Source: an uncultured Candidatus Binatia bacterium (GTDB lineage: Bacteria; Desulfobacterota; Binatia; UBA9968; JAJDTQ01). Taken from it: a stretch of DNA of 64,000 nt. Below, in pieces: positions 1-12,239 of this stretch. How positions within the stretch are numbered: position 1 is the first letter of the stretch; the number at the start of each line of letters is the position of its first letter. The translations under genes and the position numbers were made by a program. A model generated the notes under the pieces. That model was given only the letters and a program-made list of their open reading frames with translations, searched no databases and was not told the DNA's origin. Location: NCBI GenBank assembly GCA_965215605.1, contig OZ244070.1, positions 288,001 to 352,000 on the forward strand. Reading direction: 5' to 3'.

Positions 1-31
1 GGTGGCCCCAGGTGCAGGCCGGCGCCGCTCT

Positions 32-1639
32 TCAGGCCGCGCTGCCCACGCGTTCCCGCAGCGCCCGCTTGTCCACCTTGTCGCCCGACGCCACCTTGGG
101 GAACGCGTCCATCAGTTCCAGCCGATCAGGACGCTTGAAGGAGGCTAGTCCCTGGTCAAGGAGGAAGGCGGTCACCTCTTCCAGCGTCAACGCGGCGCCG
201 TTCTCGGTAATCACGCACGCCGCGATGCGCTCGCCCATCTCCGGGTCGTCGTAGCCCACCACGGCAGCCTCGCGCACCTTGGGGTGGCGCGCCAGCAGGT
301 TCTCGATGTCGGCCGGAAAAATGTTCTGTCCGCCGCGGATGATGAGGTCCTGATCCCGGCCCATGAGGTAGATGTTGCCCGCGTCGTCCATGCGGCCCCA
401 CTCCTCCAGGTCCAGGAAGCCGTCGGCGCGCCGGCGCGCATTGAGGTCGGGGTTGTCAAGAAAGCGCGCGTCCGAGGGCAGCCCACGGACCCACAGACGG
501 CCGGTGACGCCGCGTGGAACCTCGTGGCCCCTCGCGTCCAGGATGCGCATCTCGTTGCCTTCGAGAGGGCGACCCACGGAACAGATGCGAACGTCGGCCG
601 GGTCGTCCCACGAGGTGGCGCACAAGCCGCCGCAGTCCACGCTGCCGTAGCCCTGCATGATACGGCAGCCCAGCCGCGCCTCGGCCGCCCTTCCGAGCTC
701 GTGGGGCAGTGGGGAACCGTGGCTCACGACGATGCGCAGGGAATCCAGGTCATGGCCCCCCAGATCGGGCAGCGCCAGCAGGCGGGAGATCATGGTCGGA
801 ACCATGGGCAGGACGTTCACCCGTTCCCGCGCCACGGTCTCGCAGGTGACGCGCGGGTCGAAGTGGTCCAGCAGCACCACCCGCGCCCCGGCTTCGCACA
901 CACCGTTGTACACGAGCCCGTCCGCCACCCCGGAAATGATGGTCGTGACCGCGCACAGGGTGTCGCCGGGTCCGACCCGGAACCGTTGGAGGTGGAGCCA
1001 CGCGGTCAGGAGGCGCGTGTAGAGCGGCACCGCCGCGCACTTGGGAGTGCCGGTGGAGCCGCTGGTGGTGGCGAGTTGGCACACATCCTCCACGCCGTAG
1101 CGTGTGGCGGCAAGGCGCCGCCGGCCCTCGTCCGTCACAGGCTGGGAAAGGGCGTCCTCCAGCGGCAGGCAGCCAGCGGGCGCTTCGTCCCACGCCGCCA
1201 GCACATGGCGCAACTCCGGGACCCGCACCTGATCGAGAAGGTCGGCGTGGTGGAAGCCCCGCCAAGCGGCAGGAATGATGGCGACCTCGGGCCGGGTAAA
1301 GCCCACGATGGCTTCCAACTCCGCGCGTCGCAGGCTCGGCGCCACGGTCACGAGCTTGAGACCCGCCTTCTCGCACGCCAGGCGGGCCAGAAACAGCTCC
1401 GCCGAATTGGGCATCTGGATGAGAACGCGACCGTCCCGCCGAAGGCCCAGGTCCAGCAGCGCCAGCGCCAAGGCGTCGGACCACTCCGCCACCTGGCTCC
1501 AGGTGAGACGCCGCCGAACGTCCACCAGCGCCTCCCTGGAGGCGAAACGGCGGGCGTTGCCGTCGCAAAAGTCGGCCGCGGTCTTGAGCGGCATATGGCG
1601 CGAGACCGCGTCCCGCAGAACCCCGCGCGGGTCCAACAT
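32..1639 (-). CDS. AMP-binding enzyme (acyl/aryl-CoA ligase family)
   Basis: TTSGSTGTPK P-loop, QGYGSVD, GRDQDLIIRGGQN and GDKVDK adenylation motifs; ATG at 1639 preceded by GGAGG. Confidence 0.9.
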   Translation of the reverse strand: MLDPRGVLRDAVSRHMPLKTAADFCDGNARRFASREALVDVRRRLTWSQVAEWSDALALALLDLGLRRDGRVLIQMPNSAELFLARLACEKAGLKLVTVAPSLRRAELEAIVGFTRPEVAIIPAAWRGFHHADLLDQVRVPELRHVLAAWDEAPAGCLPLEDALSQPVTDEGRRRLAATRYGVEDVCQLATTSGSTGTPKCAAVPLYTRLLTAWLHLQRFRVGPGDTLCAVTTIISGVADGLVYNGVCEAGARVVLLDHFDPRVTCETVARERVNVLPMVPTMISRLLALPDLGGHDLDSLRIVVSHGSPLPHELGRAAEARLGCRIMQGYGSVDCGGLCATSWDDPADVRICSVGRPLEGNEMRILDARGHEVPRGVTGRLWVRGLPSDARFLDNPDLNARRRADGFLDLEEWGRMDDAGNIYLMGRDQDLIIRGGQNIFPADIENLLARHPKVREAAVVGYDDPEMGERIAACVITENGAALTLEEVTAFLLDQGLASFKRPDRLELMDAFPKVASGDKVDKRALRERVGSAA

Positions 1640-1739
1640 GGGCTGTCCTCCGGTCCGGCGCGCGGCGGCGCTCCCGTCCACAACGGGGTATGCGCTTCGG
1701 TGTCCGCCCCCGTCCGGGCGCGTGCCTCGCCGCCCCGCG

Positions 1740-2555
1740 TCAAGGGGAATAGGGGCCGAGGAACCGCTTGGCGGCCCTTCGTTCCTCAATGCACTTGCGG
1801 TACTTCCAGCCCTGACTCAGGAACTCGAAGAGACCGCCCTCCTGTTTGGGATTCAGCGTGTCCAGCAATCCGAGAGCATTGGGGGTTGGGGGACTCATGG
1901 CCCAGAGACGTTCGGGGAGCTGCACCCGGGGTCCTGACAGTTCGAGCGTCCGCCCGTTCGTCCGGTTGCGCAGAATGAGCGCCAGCTCGAACTCGTCCCG
2001 CGGCCGCTCCCTGGCCCGATCCGGCACCTCGAAGGCCAGCTCCGGGCCGTGGTGGTAGAAGCGGTCGGCGCCCTTCCGTTCGTCGCCGGGTTCCACGAAC
2101 GTGATCCAGTCCAGGGTTCCAGACCCGCCGGTGCGGAATCCAATCTCGCCCACCCCGTCCTCGACGTACGTGTCGGCTTCCGGTCCTTCCACCGCCGCGC
2201 CAGCACCACGAGCCACGAGACGCATCGTGAACGGCGCATCACGCCAGCCGTGGGGCGCGTCAAGCTTCAGCCGCTGCAGCCGCACGTCGATGCGCACCGT
2301 CCTTCCACCCATCCCCCGGTATCCCGCCCACACCGCCACCACCGCCCGCGCCCGGCCGTCGGTGGACTCCATCCGGGCGTATGCCTTGACCCGGTGCGGT
2401 TCCTCGTCCGCGCACATCCGGCTGAAGACGACGCGCCCGCCGGGCGGATGAAGCATCGGTTCCGGAGCGGTGACGGGTTCGGTGACCTGCGCGCCGCAGG
2501 CCGTGCTTGCCAAAAGAAGCGCCAGCATCGCCGTCTGGCACAGCTTGTTGCTCAT
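1740..2555 (-). CDS. Hypothetical exported protein, probable lipoprotein
   Basis: MSNKLCQTAMLALLLASTAC signal peptide with an imperfect lipobox; purine-rich RBS upstream; no family recognised. Confidence 0.6.
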   Translation of the reverse strand: MSNKLCQTAMLALLLASTACGAQVTEPVTAPEPMLHPPGGRVVFSRMCADEEPHRVKAYARMESTDGRARAVVAVWAGYRGMGGRTVRIDVRLQRLKLDAPHGWRDAPFTMRLVARGAGAAVEGPEADTYVEDGVGEIGFRTGGSGTLDWITFVEPGDERKGADRFYHHGPELAFEVPDRARERPRDEFELALILRNRTNGRTLELSGPRVQLPERLWAMSPPTPNALGLLDTLNPKQEGGLFEFLSQGWKYRKCIEERRAAKRFLGPYSP

Positions 2556-3003
2556 CGGCGAACCTTCCTCGGTCTTCATGCTCGGAGCCTGCGCCCCGAG
2601 ATCCGTGACCCGACGTTCTCCCTCCAGCGCGACCGCCGGTCGCCCTTGCCCTCGACCGGGTGTTGCGTTTCGCTCCGGCTCGCCCTGAATTCCCCGTACC
2701 CGAATATCAAGCGGGGGTTGGACGTGCAACGTTTTGACCGAGGGATAGGTGGTCCCGAAGAACGGGCCAGGTTGGCAGCGCGACTCGCCTGCCTCGCCGC
2801 CGGCTCTGCCGGAACAGCAGAACATGTTAAACAGAACCCTGGCGGCACGATCCATTACCGCGGAATACACATTGTTTTCGCCGCCCAACTGTCCGACGAT
2901 GTGGGACCATCGCATCTGTCCGCCCATGATCCACAAGGGTCATCGGCACGTGAAGCGCAAGTCCGTCGCAGAGAAGCGGCGGGCGAACAAGGAGACGAAT
3001 CGC

Positions 3004-4092
3004 ATGGTGATGATCATCAACGAGGAGGAAGGCAAGGAACTGCTCACCATGGGTGAGTGCATCGACCTCATGGAGGACGTGTTCCGGGAGTTCGGGCGGG
3101 GGAGCGGGGTCAACCCGCCCCGGCTGCGCTACTCCTGTCCGACGCCCGACCCGGACGCGAAGTATTTCGCCAACATCCACGCCGGAGCGCTGGCCAAGTA
3201 CGGGGTGGCGGCGGTGCGGCTGAATTCCCGGCTCGCGGCGGAAAAGGACGACGAGACGAAACGGGTGGAGTTCAAGCACCCCACCCGGCGCTACTGGGGC
3301 CAATTCCTGCTTTACAGCCTGGAGACGGCCGAGCTTCTGGGCATCATCGTGGACGGCACCATATCGCCGCTGCGGGTGGGGGCCACCAGCGGCGCCGCCG
3401 TCCGGCTGCTGGCCCGGCCGGACTCCCGGGTCGCCGGCCTGTTCGGCACCGGCCATCAGGCCGAGTTGCACGCCCAGGCGCTGGCGGCGGCCCTGCCCCT
3501 GCAGCGCATGAAGGTGTACAGCCCATCGCGGGAGCACAGGGAGGAGTTCTGCGCGCGTTTCGGCGACGAGCTGGGCATTCCGGTCACCGCGGCAGCCGAC
3601 CCGGGCGACGTGGTGAAGGGCTCCGACGTGATCTGCTGCGCCACCAGCTCGTCGGCCCCGGTGTTCGACGGCAAGGACCTGGAACCGGGCCAGACGGTGG
3701 TCTCCATCGTCAACAGCGACGTGGTGTTCGAACGCCACGAGGTGGACCGGGAGACCTTCCGCCGCAGCGATCTCATCGTGGTCAACGGGCGCGAGAGCGT
3801 CCATGCCAACCGCCAGAAGGAACTGCTGGACCCCATCGATGCCGGCGAGACCTCCTGGGAGAAAGTGGCGGAGTTGGGAGAGGTGGTGAACCAGACCGCG
3901 CCCGGCCGGCAAGACCCCGCGGACATCATCTACTACAAGAACAACTCCGGCATGGCGATCCAGTTCGCCGCCGTGGGCAAGGCGATGCTGGACAAGGCCC
4001 GGGAGAAGGGCGTGGGCCGGGAGCTGCCGGGCGAGTGGTTCTCCGCGGACCTGGAACCCTGGTTCGCCAGGGGGTATTCGCCGGCGTCGTAG
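3004..4092 (+). CDS. Ornithine cyclodeaminase/mu-crystallin family protein
   Basis: LRVGATSG, GLFGTGHQA Rossmann motif, CCATSS, YYKNNSGMAIQFAA; AGGAG RBS. Confidence 0.9.
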   Translation: MVMIINEEEGKELLTMGECIDLMEDVFREFGRGSGVNPPRLRYSCPTPDPDAKYFANIHAGALAKYGVAAVRLNSRLAAEKDDETKRVEFKHPTRRYWGQFLLYSLETAELLGIIVDGTISPLRVGATSGAAVRLLARPDSRVAGLFGTGHQAELHAQALAAALPLQRMKVYSPSREHREEFCARFGDELGIPVTAAADPGDVVKGSDVICCATSSSAPVFDGKDLEPGQTVVSIVNSDVVFERHEVDRETFRRSDLIVVNGRESVHANRQKELLDPIDAGETSWEKVAELGEVVNQTAPGRQDPADIIYYKNNSGMAIQFAAVGKAMLDKAREKGVGRELPGEWFSADLEPWFARGYSPAS

Positions 4093-4145
4093 GAGCTTGT
4101 GTTGTATTCCCTCGGCGGCACGGGCTCCCCGGAGGACGCCGCGCA

Positions 4146-5219
4146 ATGACCGACACGGATCTCGACGGGTTGGCCCAACGCATCAAGGCGTGGGGCCGGG
4201 AGTTGGGGTTCCAGCAGGTGGGTATAGCCGGCGTGGATCTGACCGAGGACGAGGCGTTGCTGGAGCGCTGGCTAGCCGAGGGGCGGCACGGCGAAATGGC
4301 CTACATGGAACGGCACGGCAGCCGGCGCACTCGGCCCGCGGAGTTGGTGCCGGGTACGGTCCGGGTCATCTCGGCCCGTATGGACTACCTGCCGGAGAGG
4401 GGGGCGGACCCGTGGCAGGTGCTCGACGACCCCGGCCTCGGCTACGTCTCCCGCTACGCGCTGGGACGGGACTACCACCGGCTCCTGCGGAAGCGGCTGC
4501 AGGCCCTGGCGGACCGGGTCGCCGGCTTCGCGGGCCCCTTCGGCTACCGGGTGTTCACGGACAGCGCGCCGGTGCTGGAGAAACCGCTGGCGCGCAACGC
4601 CGGCCTGGGCTGGATCGGCAAGCACACCAACCTCATCAACACCGGCGCCGGCTCGTGGTTCTTCCTGGGCGAGATCTACACCGACCTCGGACTGCCCGTG
4701 GACCGCGCCGCCGAGGACCGCTGCGGCACCTGCCGCGCCTGCATCGACGTGTGTCCCACCGGCGCCATCACCGGCCCGTACCGACTGGATGCCCGCCGCT
4801 GCATCTCCTACCTCACCATCGAGCTCCGCGGCTCCATCCCGGTGGAGTTGCGGCCGCTCATGGGCAACCGCGTCTACGGCTGCGACGATTGCCAGCTCGT
4901 GTGCCCGTGGAACCGCTACGCGCGTTTCACGGCCGAAGCCGGCTTCCTGCCCCGGCACGGCCTCGACGCGCCGGCGTTGCTGGAACTCTTTCGCTGGAGC
5001 GAAGCCGACTTCCTGCGCATCATGAGCGGGAGCGCGATCCGCCGCATCGGCCATGCCTGCTGGCTACGGAACGTGGCGGTGGCGTTGGGCAACGCGCCCT
5101 ACGATCCCTTGATCGTCCAGGGACTGAGGGAGCGGAACGACGATCCGTCGCCGCTGGTGCGGGAACACGTGGCGTGGGCGCTGGAACAGCAGCGCCGCAA
5201 GCAGTCGCGGCCAGTATGA
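4146..5219 (+). CDS. queG: tRNA epoxyqueuosine(34) reductase
   Basis: YALGRDYH, DSAPVLEK, GWIGKHT, CGTCRACIDVCPT, CISYLTIE and YGCDDCQLVCPWN motifs. Confidence 0.96.
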   Translation: MTDTDLDGLAQRIKAWGRELGFQQVGIAGVDLTEDEALLERWLAEGRHGEMAYMERHGSRRTRPAELVPGTVRVISARMDYLPERGADPWQVLDDPGLGYVSRYALGRDYHRLLRKRLQALADRVAGFAGPFGYRVFTDSAPVLEKPLARNAGLGWIGKHTNLINTGAGSWFFLGEIYTDLGLPVDRAAEDRCGTCRACIDVCPTGAITGPYRLDARRCISYLTIELRGSIPVELRPLMGNRVYGCDDCQLVCPWNRYARFTAEAGFLPRHGLDAPALLELFRWSEADFLRIMSGSAIRRIGHACWLRNVAVALGNAPYDPLIVQGLRERNDDPSPLVREHVAWALEQQRRKQSRPV

Positions 5220-5268
5220 AGACGCGGTGACGAAGTAGCGGGCGGGTTGGCAACCCTCCACGCCAAAC

Positions 5269-6084
5269 CTATCGGTGCGCGCGGGGCAAGCCGCTGGGCA
5301 CCTCGAAGACCCGCCCATCGTCCAGTCTCAGCGCGGTCAGCGACCCGCCCCACACGCAGCCGCTGTCCAGGCACACCGTGCCGTTCTCGCGGTGGAACCC
5401 CAGAGTCGCCCAGTGCCCATACAGAACCGTCTCGCCCGCTTCCGCGCGGTGCCAGGTAAACCAGGGACTGTAACCCTGCGGCGCGTCCGCCGGCGCCCCG
5501 GAGAACGACAGCGCCATGCGGCCGCCGGCCGTGCAGCACCGCAGTCGCGTGAACACGCCGACGATGCTGCTCCATCTCTCCGGCCCGGCGAGATCGTCGG
5601 ACCACATGTCCACGGAGTGCTCCATCTGCCGCCGCAGGAACTTCCCGTAGCCGTCGGCCCGCATCCGCGATTCCACCTCGCGCGCCAGGTCCAGGGCCTT
5701 TCCGGTGGTCCACTGGGGCAACAAACCGGCGTGGGACAGGACGTATCCGTCCTCGCGGTGGATCAGCGGAAGACGCCGCAGCCAGTCGATGATCTCGTCG
5801 CGGTCGGCAGCGGCCAGGACCTTGTCCAGGGTATCCCGGCGCTTGGGTGCGGAGATGCCCCCGGCCCGGCAGATGAGGTGAAGGTCGTGGTTGCCGAGCA
5901 CCGCGACGCCAGCCGGTCCGAGCCCCTTCACGAAACGCAGCACCGAGAGGGAGTCCGGGCCGCGGTTCACGAGGTCGCCGGCAAACCAGAGGCGGTCGGC
6001 GGCCGGATCGAAGGCGACGAGATCCAGCAGCCGCCGCAGGGGCTCGTAGCAGCCTTGCACGTCGCCGATGGCGTAGGTGGCCAT
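5269..6084 (-). CDS. apaH: Symmetrical bis(5'-nucleosyl)-tetraphosphatase
   Basis: MATYAIGDVQGC, GDLVNRGPDS, LGNHDLH, GHWA and LDSGCVWGG motifs. Confidence 0.95.
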   Translation of the reverse strand: MATYAIGDVQGCYEPLRRLLDLVAFDPAADRLWFAGDLVNRGPDSLSVLRFVKGLGPAGVAVLGNHDLHLICRAGGISAPKRRDTLDKVLAAADRDEIIDWLRRLPLIHREDGYVLSHAGLLPQWTTGKALDLAREVESRMRADGYGKFLRRQMEHSVDMWSDDLAGPERWSSIVGVFTRLRCCTAGGRMALSFSGAPADAPQGYSPWFTWHRAEAGETVLYGHWATLGFHRENGTVCLDSGCVWGGSLTALRLDDGRVFEVPSGLPRAHR

Positions 6085-6091
6085 GGGCTCG

Positions 6092-6487
6092 CTAGCCGGA
6101 TCTGCCGAGGCTGAACGGTCCGCCGCCCCGGCACGCGATGTACAGGAACACCACACAAAAGAGCACCGCCAGTTCGCCGCCGTTCTCGATGGGCCAGAAA
6201 CTCCTCCCGGCGTGGGCCATGAAGTAGGCCGCGGCCATCTGGCCGCTGCAAACGAATGCCGCGACGCGGGTCAGGAGCCCAACCGCCACCAGCAGGCCGC
6301 CCACGAACTCGATGGCGCCCGCGAGGCCCATGAGCGAGAGCATCTCCACCGACCCGCCGCTGCCATCAGCGCCGCCGAGCAACCCGAACAGCTTCTGCGC
6401 GCCGTGCTGCGCGAACGCGAGTCCAACGACGATTCGCATGAGCGGGTAGGCGTAGCGCGAGGAGCCGCGAGCAAAACCTTCCAACAT
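6092..6487 (-). CDS. DoxX family membrane protein
   Basis: RIVVG..HGAQKLFG, IEFVGGLL, NGGELA, GGGPFSL; four hydrophobic segments. Confidence 0.9.
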   Translation of the reverse strand: MLEGFARGSSRYAYPLMRIVVGLAFAQHGAQKLFGLLGGADGSGGSVEMLSLMGLAGAIEFVGGLLVAVGLLTRVAAFVCSGQMAAAYFMAHAGRSFWPIENGGELAVLFCVVFLYIACRGGGPFSLGRSG

Positions 6488-6517
6488 TGCGTATCCCTCC
6501 CTCGTTCCCTCGGTGCA

Positions 6518-7123
6518 TCAGCGGCCCGGGCGAGCCGTGGCCCGATGCCTGAAACACTGCACCAGGTGATCGTTCACCATCCCCACCGCCTGCATGAAAG
6601 CATAGCAAATGGTCGGCCCGACGAACCGGAATCCACGGCGGCCGAGGTCGCGGCTCATGGCTTCCGACTCCGGCGTGAGAGCCGGGACGTCCTCCTGGGA
6701 GCACCAGCCATTGACCCGCGGCCGTCCTCCGACGAACTGCCAGATGTAACGGTCGAACGTTCCGTGTTCCTCCCTGACCCGAAGGAACGCCTGGGCGTTG
6801 GCGACCGCCGCGGCGATCTTGAGGCGGTTCCGGACCAGGCCGGCGTCCTCCATCAACTCACGCCGCTTCCGTTCATCATAGCGGGCCACGGCGTCGGGGT
6901 CGAAGCCGCTGAAAGCCCGCCGGTAGCCATCCCGCTTCTTGAGGATGGTTTCCCAGCTCAGTCCCGCCTGCGCGCCCTCGAGGATCAGGAACTCGAAGAG
7001 CGTCCGGTCATCATGGCACGGCACGCCCCACTCGGTGTCGTGATACGCCGTCGAAAGCTCCGTCCTGGCCCATGCGCAACGTGCGCGCGAGTCCTCGGTG
7101 GAAGGCGGAAAAGCCGGCGGCAT
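6518..7123 (-). CDS. tag: DNA-3-methyladenine glycosylase I
   Basis: RCAW, YHDTEWG, LEGAQAGLSW, GFRFVGPTICYAFMQAVGMVNDH. Confidence 0.95.
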   Translation of the reverse strand: MPPAFPPSTEDSRARCAWARTELSTAYHDTEWGVPCHDDRTLFEFLILEGAQAGLSWETILKKRDGYRRAFSGFDPDAVARYDERKRRELMEDAGLVRNRLKIAAAVANAQAFLRVREEHGTFDRYIWQFVGGRPRVNGWCSQEDVPALTPESEAMSRDLGRRGFRFVGPTICYAFMQAVGMVNDHLVQCFRHRATARPGR

Positions 7124-7166
7124 CGTGCGGTTCCCTTGCCGGGCGCTGTCACCACCCGGCGGACTC

Positions 7167-7571
7167 CTATTCGTGTCCCGCCAGGTAGGTGATCAGGGTC
7201 AGCACCGCGCCCTGGGGATCCTGAATGACGCAGAAGCGGCCGACGCCCGGTATGTCCTTCAGCGGCACGACGACCTTGCCGCCGAGGTCCCGCACCTTGC
7301 CCGCGGCCGCGTCCACGTCGTCCACGGTCACGTAGGCGCCCCACGACGGGGGCATCCCCAGGGCCTGGGCAGGAACCGCCATGATCCCGCCGATCTCGGT
7401 GCCGTCCGCCTTCACCAGACTGTATTCGAGATCTTCGTCGTTCTCGAAACTCTCGTGGACCACCGTCTCCACGGTCCACCCCAAGAGCTCGGAATAGAAC
7501 TTCTTTGCCCCCTCCACGTCCGTGGTCAACAGCTCACACCAACTGAACATCCCATGCTTCGAAGCACTCAT
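7167..7571 (-). CDS. VOC (glyoxalase/bleomycin resistance) family protein
   Basis: FSWCELLTTD, FYSELLGW, YVTVDDVD, DIPGVGRF..IQDPQGA. Confidence 0.9.
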   Translation of the reverse strand: MSASKHGMFSWCELLTTDVEGAKKFYSELLGWTVETVVHESFENDEDLEYSLVKADGTEIGGIMAVPAQALGMPPSWGAYVTVDDVDAAAGKVRDLGGKVVVPLKDIPGVGRFCVIQDPQGAVLTLITYLAGHE

Positions 7572-7761
7572 GCACGATCCTTTCCGCTCCACGACCCCAA
7601 CAGGATACAGGCACGGCCCGACCCTCCTGATCGATATGCCAGCGCGGGTCCGCGTTGGCAACTCTCCGCCGTCGCCACGCGATGGACGCCCCGGCCGGTT
7701 CGTAGTAGGCTCGTGGCCGGCCCGAAAGCTTTCCCATTTCATGTGTTCCGGAGGTGTCTTC

Positions 7762-8493
7762 ATGCTGAAACTCTACCATTGGTGGAGCTCCACCTGCTCG
7801 CGCCGCGTACGCATCGCCCTGGCGGCGAAGCGGCTCGACTGGGAGAGCGTCTACGTCAACCTGGCGAAGTTCGAGAACCTGGAGCCCTGGTACGTCGAGT
7901 TGAACCCCAACGGCGTGGTGCCCACCCTGGTGCACGACGGCCGCATCGTCATCGAGTCCAACTTCATCCTGGAATACCTGGAGGATGTGTTCCCCGAGGC
8001 GCCGTTGCGGCCCGAGGACTCCTACGAACGCGCGCGGATGCGCGTCTGGATGGACCGGTTCGAGCACGAACTGCACCGCAACGTCAACATCATCTCCTTC
8101 ATCAAGCAGGGCCGCATGAAGCGCTACGAGCACCTGTCCGAGGAAGAGCGCGAGGCCGCGGTCATGCAGCAGCCCACCGAGCCGAAGCGGGCGCTTCTGA
8201 GGGACCGGCTCAGGAACGGCATCTCCGAAGAACAGATGGCCTACGCGGAGGCCCGGCTGGGCGAGATCCTGGACGACGTGGAGGAAACCCTGGCGGACCG
8301 GCCCTGGCTCACCGGCGACCGGATGTCGCTGGCGGACTGCTCCATCGCTCCTTTCATCGAGCGGTTCGAATCCAACAAGCTGGAGCGGCTGGTGGACTGG
8401 AACGCGCGGCCGGCGCTGGGAGCATGGTGGGCGCGGATGCAGGCCACGGAAGCCTTCCGCACCGCCCATTCCTTCAAGGCGCCTGAGACGTAG
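7762..8493 (+). CDS. Glutathione S-transferase family protein
   Basis: STCSRRVR, LNPNGVVPTL, ESNFILEYL, SLAD; GGAGG RBS. Confidence 0.9.
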   Translation: MLKLYHWWSSTCSRRVRIALAAKRLDWESVYVNLAKFENLEPWYVELNPNGVVPTLVHDGRIVIESNFILEYLEDVFPEAPLRPEDSYERARMRVWMDRFEHELHRNVNIISFIKQGRMKRYEHLSEEEREAAVMQQPTEPKRALLRDRLRNGISEEQMAYAEARLGEILDDVEETLADRPWLTGDRMSLADCSIAPFIERFESNKLERLVDWNARPALGAWWARMQATEAFRTAHSFKAPET

Positions 8494-8507
8494 GGTTCCC
8501 GGCCCGC

Positions 8508-10592
<2,085 letters not shown>

Positions 10593-10596
10593 GGCG

Positions 10597-12027
10597 TCAA
10601 AGTCCCCCGAGGATCCGCGAGCGCACCCGGGACGTGGTGTTGGTGACGCGTTTCATCGCCTCCGAGCGAATGCCCACGATGACCTGGTCGCCGGCTTGGA
10701 GACCCGAGACGATCTCCATGTTCCTGGCGTCGGTGGCGCCGAAACGGATACGCTTCCGGGCCGGCTTGCCGTCCTGGTACACCCACACGCCGCCTCGGCC
10801 TTCCAGCATCCACCGGCGCCGCTGCTCGGCGCTGGGACGGCCCCTCCGGCGTCCGCCTCCGCGCCTGGGCTGGTCGGGGTAGAGCTGCCGAATATCCCGG
10901 CCGCTGACCCGCAACGCGGAACCCGGCGCGACGAGCACATCCTGCCTCCTGGCCAGGATGATGGTGACGTTGGCGGTCATGCCGGGCTTGAGGGCGAGAT
11001 CGTGGTTGGGCACCCGGATCTCGGTGTCGTAGGTGACGACGTTGTCCTTGATGAGCGGCGACGGGAAGATGCGCACCACCTTGCCCCTGAAGGTCCGCCC
11101 GGGATACGAGTCCACCTGGAACTCCACCTGCTGATCCACCTTGACCTTGCCGATATCCGCTTCGTCCACGAAGGCCGAGACCTTCATCTCCTCGAGTTCG
11201 GCGATCTTCACCAGCGGCGGCGACGAAAGGCTCGCCGCCACCGTCTGCCCGGCCTCCACGGTCTTCCGGATCACCACGCCCGAGATGGGCGCCCGGATGA
11301 CACTGCGGTTGAGCCGGACCCGCGCCATCTCCAACTCGGCCTCGGCCTGCTGCACATCCGCGCGGATGCCGGCGATGACCGCCTGCTTGACCTTGACCTC
11401 GTCGACCCGGGCGGACTCCTCCCGAAAACGGGCGTCGGCACGCACGTATTCCGACTGGATGGACTCGTACTGGTCGCGTGAGATGAGGTTGCGGCCCACC
11501 AAGTCCTTGTTGCGCCGGTGCTTCTCCTCCAGGTTCTCCATCGCCGCCCGGGTGCCCGCGATGCTCGCCGCCACCCGGGATTCGAGCATCTGGACTCCGG
11601 CCAACTCCTTGGCGAGATTGGCCTTGGCCTTGGCCACCCGGGCCCCCGCCTGGAGCATCTGCGCCCGGAACAAGTCCTGATCCAGGCGGGCGATGAGATC
11701 CCCCTTCTCGACCCTCATCGGCACGTCCACCGGGAGATCCTTGATGGTGCCCGAGACCTGGGTGGAGACCGTAACCGACGAAACCGGATTCACCGTTCCC
11801 GTGGTGGTGATGCGGGAGAAGATCTCGCCCTTCTCGACCTTGGCGAGGCGGAAGGGAAACACTTCCTTCTCTTCGGCGGGAAGGAGCCTGCCGGTCAGCG
11901 CGGACAGCCCCCCTCGGACCGAGCCGACGCTGCTCTCCACCAGCGCCGGATCGTACCAGAAGAGGCCCGCGGCCCCGGCCCCTGCCAGGACCACAGGGAG
12001 AACAAGTATCCAAATAAACCGCTTCAT
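10597..12027 (-). CDS. macA: MacA-like periplasmic adaptor (membrane fusion protein)
   Basis: N-terminal TM, TQVSGTI, IRAPISGVV, VDEADIG, LKPGMTA; directly upstream of macB. Confidence 0.88.
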   Translation of the reverse strand: MKRFIWILVLPVVLAGAGAAGLFWYDPALVESSVGSVRGGLSALTGRLLPAEEKEVFPFRLAKVEKGEIFSRITTTGTVNPVSSVTVSTQVSGTIKDLPVDVPMRVEKGDLIARLDQDLFRAQMLQAGARVAKAKANLAKELAGVQMLESRVAASIAGTRAAMENLEEKHRRNKDLVGRNLISRDQYESIQSEYVRADARFREESARVDEVKVKQAVIAGIRADVQQAEAELEMARVRLNRSVIRAPISGVVIRKTVEAGQTVAASLSSPPLVKIAELEEMKVSAFVDEADIGKVKVDQQVEFQVDSYPGRTFRGKVVRIFPSPLIKDNVVTYDTEIRVPNHDLALKPGMTANVTIILARRQDVLVAPGSALRVSGRDIRQLYPDQPRRGGGRRRGRPSAEQRRRWMLEGRGGVWVYQDGKPARKRIRFGATDARNMEIVSGLQAGDQVIVGIRSEAMKRVTNTTSRVRSRILGGL

Positions 12028-12239
12028 CTTGCTCTATCCGGTTGGCGGCCGCGTTTAGTGTCCCTCAATTAGACGGCCGCCGGTTCCTCGGCAGATGCCG
12101 GCTACTGAAAAGGCTACACCCTGTAGCTGCTGGTGGGCAACTGTGGAGCACCCCTCGAAACTCCGCTCTCGCCACCCGCGGTGGTATCTGGTAGACCGAC
12201 AAACGGACAATCGTGGAACCCGTTACGGAGGCGACGCCC

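Noticed and set aside
3057-5219. 720-aa ORF as an extended QueG
   Set aside because: The N-terminal half is an Arg/Gly-rich alternate frame of the cyclodeaminase gene. QueG starts at 4146.
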